This document shows positions 60,738 through 64,000 of a stretch of DNA of 64,000 bases, piece after piece. The notes beneath the pieces were generated by a model. The model did not search any database. It was not told where the DNA came from and saw nothing but the letters and a program-made list of their open reading frames with translations. Source of the stretch: an uncultured Acetobacteraceae bacterium. Lineage in GTDB: Bacteria > Pseudomonadota > Alphaproteobacteria > Acetobacterales > Acetobacteraceae. Position 1 is the first letter of the stretch, and each line of letters starts with the position of its first letter. Location of the stretch: positions 18,881 to 82,880 of the forward strand of contig CAXUGD010000001.1 of the NCBI GenBank assembly GCA_964250355.1, in the 5' to 3' direction. Both the position numbers and the translations under genes were made by a program.

Positions 60738-63128
60738 GTGGACACCACGTCGCTGACCGGCGAGCACGTCCGGTTCAGGCCCGCGAGGCGCCTGAGAGGC
60801 GATCGCTACGTCACCGGCGCCATGCGGTACCTGGACGACGCGACGCCGTCGCGCTGCCTCCATGTGATCTTCCTGCGCAGCCCGCATGCGCACGCCCGCA
60901 TCCTGCGTATCGACACGTCCGCCGCATCCCGCCTGCCTGGCGTCCATGCCGTGCTGACCGGCCAGGACACGCGGCATCTGATCGCCGACCTGGTCTGCCA
61001 GACGCCGTCGGCCCTGACCGGCACGCTGGAAGCGCTGACCTTGCCGTGCCTGCCCGCCGACTTCGTGCGCTATGCCGGGGAGCCGGTGGCGCTCGTGGTG
61101 GGTGACAGCGAGGCCGTGGCGCGCGAAGGCGCACGCCTGGTCGACGTTGCCTACGAACCCTTGGCGCCGCTGCTCGACACAGCTGCGGCTACAGCGCCCG
61201 GCGCGCGTGCGCAACGTCCCGAACTGCCGGGCAACGTGCTTATGTCCGGCGTGGTCAGAGACGGCGATGCCGCGGCCGCGTTTCGGGACGTGCTCCACAC
61301 GGTCACGGGGCGCATAGCGCTGGGCCGGGGAAGCGCGGTGCCGCTCGAGCCGCGCGGCTGCGTTGCCGGCTGGGATGTCGAGGCCGAACGCCTGATCGTC
61401 CGCGCGTCCGTGCAGGCGCCGCACGGCTTCAGAGCCGAGCTCGCGCGGCAGCTGAACTTGCCGGAAAACGGTATCCAGGTCGTGGCCCCCGCCTTGGGCG
61501 GCGCGTTCGGCTTCAAGTTCACCGGCCTGCCGGAGGAGCCGCTCACCTGTCTGGCGGCCATGCGCCTCAAGCAGGCGGTCCGCTGGGTGGAGACCCGGGA
61601 GGAGGCCCTGCTCGTCGGCGCGCGGGAGTATGCGGCTTCCTACCGGCTCGGCTTCGACGGCGCAGGCAAGGTCACCGCGCTGTCGGTGGAGCTGGAGGCC
61701 GATGTCGGCGCGCTCTGTGCCACGCCTGGGCCGCTAATGCCCTTCGTGGCCGCCACCACCTTCCCCGGCCCCTACGACATTGCCAATGTGGACGTGCGCT
61801 GGCGCGCCGTCATGACGAACAAGGGGCCGTGGAACGGCGCCAGGGGCTTCGGCAAGGAGGCGACCTGCGCCGTGCTGGAAGCGGCGATGGACGACGTGGC
61901 CCGCGCCCTCGGCCGCGACCCGCTGCACGTCCGACAGGCAAACCTCCTGCGGCGCGAGCAGTTTCCGCATCGCACCTCGACGATGACGGTCGACTCCGGC
62001 GACTACCACGCTGCGCTGGACAGGCTCGTGGCGATGTCCGGCTATGCCGGGAAGCGCCGGCGCGCTCGCCCTGCCGGCACTGTCAGGACCGGGCTGGGGA
62101 TCGCCTTCGAACTCACGCCGGAGGGTTTCGACTCGGGCGGCTCGCTCGCGCGCGGTTTCGAGACGGCCACCGTCCGGTTGGACACGGGTGGGGCTGCGAC
62201 CGTCCTGACCGGCGTCACGAGCCCGGGCACCGGCAGCGAGACGGCGATCGCCGAACTGGTGGCGGAGCGGCTGGGCCTGCAAGCCCAGGACGTCCGCGTG
62301 GTCCAGGGCGACACGGACACGACGCCCTACGGCTCCGGGACCTTCTCGAGCCGCGCCGTCATGGTGGGCGGCATGGCGGCTTGGCTGGCCGCGGGCGATT
62401 TGAGGGCCGCCCTGACGAAGGCGGCGGCCACGCTGATGGGCGCCACACCCGAGGATATCGAGCTGGCCGAGGGGCATTATCGGCTGATCAGAAGCCCGGT
62501 CAGCGGGATCGCCGCGAAAGCGCTTCCGAGAATGCTGCGCACGCTCGGGGGCGCGCTGCCCGGCATCGGACCACCGCAGCTGGAAGCGACCCGGACCTAC
62601 GGGCCGCAGAACCTCCAATCCGTCCCGGACCTCCAGGGACGCCTGCAGATCTATCCCACGTACTCCTACTCGGCCCACATGGCCGAAGTCGAGGTGGACA
62701 CGCAGACGGGCACCGTGCGGCTGGTCGCTCTGTCCGCGGTGCACGATTGCGGCACGGTGGTCAACCAGGCGCTGGTGGACGCCCAGCTCCATGGCGCGAT
62801 CGCCATGGGCGCCGGGATGGCGCTGTTCGAGGAGGAGATTTTCGACCCGGAAGGGACACCCCGGAGCATCGACCTCAAGCATTACCTCTGGCCTCGCGTC
62901 ACCGACCTGCCGAAGCTGCTGACCGGGCATCTCTGCTCGCCGTCTCCGTTCACCGAGCTTGGCACCAAGGGCGCGGGCGAGTCCGGAGTCGGCGGCGCGG
63001 CAGCCGCCATCGTGGGGGCCGTCAGGGATGCCCTGGGCGGCGCGGCGGGCGTTCCGATCCGGACACCGCTGACCCCGACGCGCGTCCTGGCCCTGATCGA
63101 CCACGCCGGCCGGGAGGTGGCGGGATGA
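60738..63128 (+). CDS. Xanthine dehydrogenase-family molybdenum hydroxylase, large subunit
   Basis: RSPHAHARI, EPRG, GGAFGFK, GARGFG, VQGDTD, GTKGAGE. Confidence 0.88.
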   Translation: MDTTSLTGEHVRFRPARRLRGDRYVTGAMRYLDDATPSRCLHVIFLRSPHAHARILRIDTSAASRLPGVHAVLTGQDTRHLIADLVCQTPSALTGTLEALTLPCLPADFVRYAGEPVALVVGDSEAVAREGARLVDVAYEPLAPLLDTAAATAPGARAQRPELPGNVLMSGVVRDGDAAAAFRDVLHTVTGRIALGRGSAVPLEPRGCVAGWDVEAERLIVRASVQAPHGFRAELARQLNLPENGIQVVAPALGGAFGFKFTGLPEEPLTCLAAMRLKQAVRWVETREEALLVGAREYAASYRLGFDGAGKVTALSVELEADVGALCATPGPLMPFVAATTFPGPYDIANVDVRWRAVMTNKGPWNGARGFGKEATCAVLEAAMDDVARALGRDPLHVRQANLLRREQFPHRTSTMTVDSGDYHAALDRLVAMSGYAGKRRRARPAGTVRTGLGIAFELTPEGFDSGGSLARGFETATVRLDTGGAATVLTGVTSPGTGSETAIAELVAERLGLQAQDVRVVQGDTDTTPYGSGTFSSRAVMVGGMAAWLAAGDLRAALTKAAATLMGATPEDIELAEGHYRLIRSPVSGIAAKALPRMLRTLGGALPGIGPPQLEATRTYGPQNLQSVPDLQGRLQIYPTYSYSAHMAEVEVDTQTGTVRLVALSAVHDCGTVVNQALVDAQLHGAIAMGAGMALFEEEIFDPEGTPRSIDLKHYLWPRVTDLPKLLTGHLCSPSPFTELGTKGAGESGVGGAAAAIVGAVRDALGGAAGVPIRTPLTPTRVLALIDHAGREVAG

Positions 63129-63982
63129 CGCCGGCGTACTGCCTGCCGGAGACGCTGGCCGAAGCGCTGGGCGCCGCACGCGAGGCGGGCGCCGTCCTCC
63201 TGGGCGGCGGCACCGTCGCCTATCCGGCCCTGGCCCTCGGCAAGGTAGCACCCGCCGCGGTCGTCGATCTTGCCAGGCTGCGCGGCGGAACCGACCTGGC
63301 CGCCGAGGACGGGCATGTCAGGATAGGTGCGCTGGTCACGTACGCCGCGTACCTCCGGGCGCCCGGCCTGCCGGCGCCGGCGCTGCTGGTCCAGATCTGC
63401 CGCAAGATCACGGGCGGCCCGCAATTGCGCAACCAGGGCACGATCGGCGGCTCGGCGTGCCACGCCAACCCTGCCTCGGACATGCCGACGGGTCTCCTGG
63501 CCACCGGCGCCCGCTTCAGGCTTCACAGCCAGGACCGCGGAGCACGCACCATCGCGGCGGCTGAGTTCTTCATGGGCGCGTTCCAGACTGCGCGCGCGCC
63601 GGACGAGGTGTTGACCGAGATACTCGTCCCGACGGAACGGGACGGCGACCACTGGGGCTACTACAAGCTCAAGTTCGCCGAAGGCGGCTGGCCGATCGCC
63701 GTCGCGGCGGCGCGGATATCACGGTTGCCGGGCAGCGCCTCCGGCACCCTTCGCCTGACCATCGGCGCTGCCACGGACCGGCCGGCCTGCCTGCCGCTGA
63801 TCGCCCTGAGCAGCCTTCCTGACCTCGCGGCGGCCGAGCGGCAGGCGATCGCGCACGCGGTCGATCGCGTCCCGGCGCCGTGGTGGTCGGACAACTTCGC
63901 AGACGCGGCCTATCGGCGGCGCGTGGCGCCGGTCATCGCCCTGCGCGCGGTCGAGGACGCGCTGGAGAGGATGCCGGCATGA
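63125..63982 (+). CDS. Molybdenum hydroxylase FAD subunit (CoxM-like)
   Basis: GGGT, RNQGTIGGS..ANPASD; ATGA overlap with the large subunit. Confidence 0.85.
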   Translation: MTPAYCLPETLAEALGAAREAGAVLLGGGTVAYPALALGKVAPAAVVDLARLRGGTDLAAEDGHVRIGALVTYAAYLRAPGLPAPALLVQICRKITGGPQLRNQGTIGGSACHANPASDMPTGLLATGARFRLHSQDRGARTIAAAEFFMGAFQTARAPDEVLTEILVPTERDGDHWGYYKLKFAEGGWPIAVAAARISRLPGSASGTLRLTIGAATDRPACLPLIALSSLPDLAAAERQAIAHAVDRVPAPWWSDNFADAAYRRRVAPVIALRAVEDALERMPA

Positions 63983-64000
63983 GCGGGTCGGCCAGGACAC
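63979..64000 (+). CDS. Start of the next coupled gene, probably the 2Fe-2S subunit (partial)
   Basis: ATGA overlap with the FAD subunit stop; only 7 codons visible, identity inferred from operon logic. Confidence 0.35.

Noticed and set aside
60738-63128. Aerobic CO dehydrogenase CoxL
   Set aside because: Lacks AYxCSFR (form I) and AYxGAGR (form II); has GARGFGK
1-64000. CRISPR array or cas genes
   Set aside because: No regularly spaced direct repeats seen; the Cas4-like Cys/nuclease motif belongs to the TM0106 fusion

Overview
GC-rich bacterial window, probably an Acetobacteraceae-like alphaproteobacterium (inferred from gene content and a characteristic A/T-tract inverted repeat). It is almost entirely accessory DNA. 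Left to right: (1) a ripCBA-like itaconate-degradation trio followed by poxB, pta and phosphoketolase; (2) a Tat-exported PaoABC-type aldehyde oxidoreductase cluster; (3) three co-oriented secreted-protein genes (GloVer-repeat protein, propeller plus double ricin lectin, Tat-exported glycosylasparaginase homologue with degenerate catalytic motifs) beside a Crp/Fnr-cupin pair, with two identical-arm TGTCA-N6-CGACA boxes; (4) a decayed zone with a degenerate tRNA-Leu copy; (5) many regulator/oxidoreductase/hydrolase cassettes and two more GloVer-repeat genes; (6) an ISNCY/Tn3 scar; (7) a Shango-type anti-phage locus whose SngA carries an apparent extracytoplasmic N-terminal domain, followed by a TM0106-type nuclease-helicase; (8) an amidase-cyclase-fumarylacetoacetase-molybdenum hydroxylase operon with a sigma54-like promoter, running off the right edge. 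Several single-base frameshifts may be sequencing errors. All assignments are motif recognition by eye; no searches were run.
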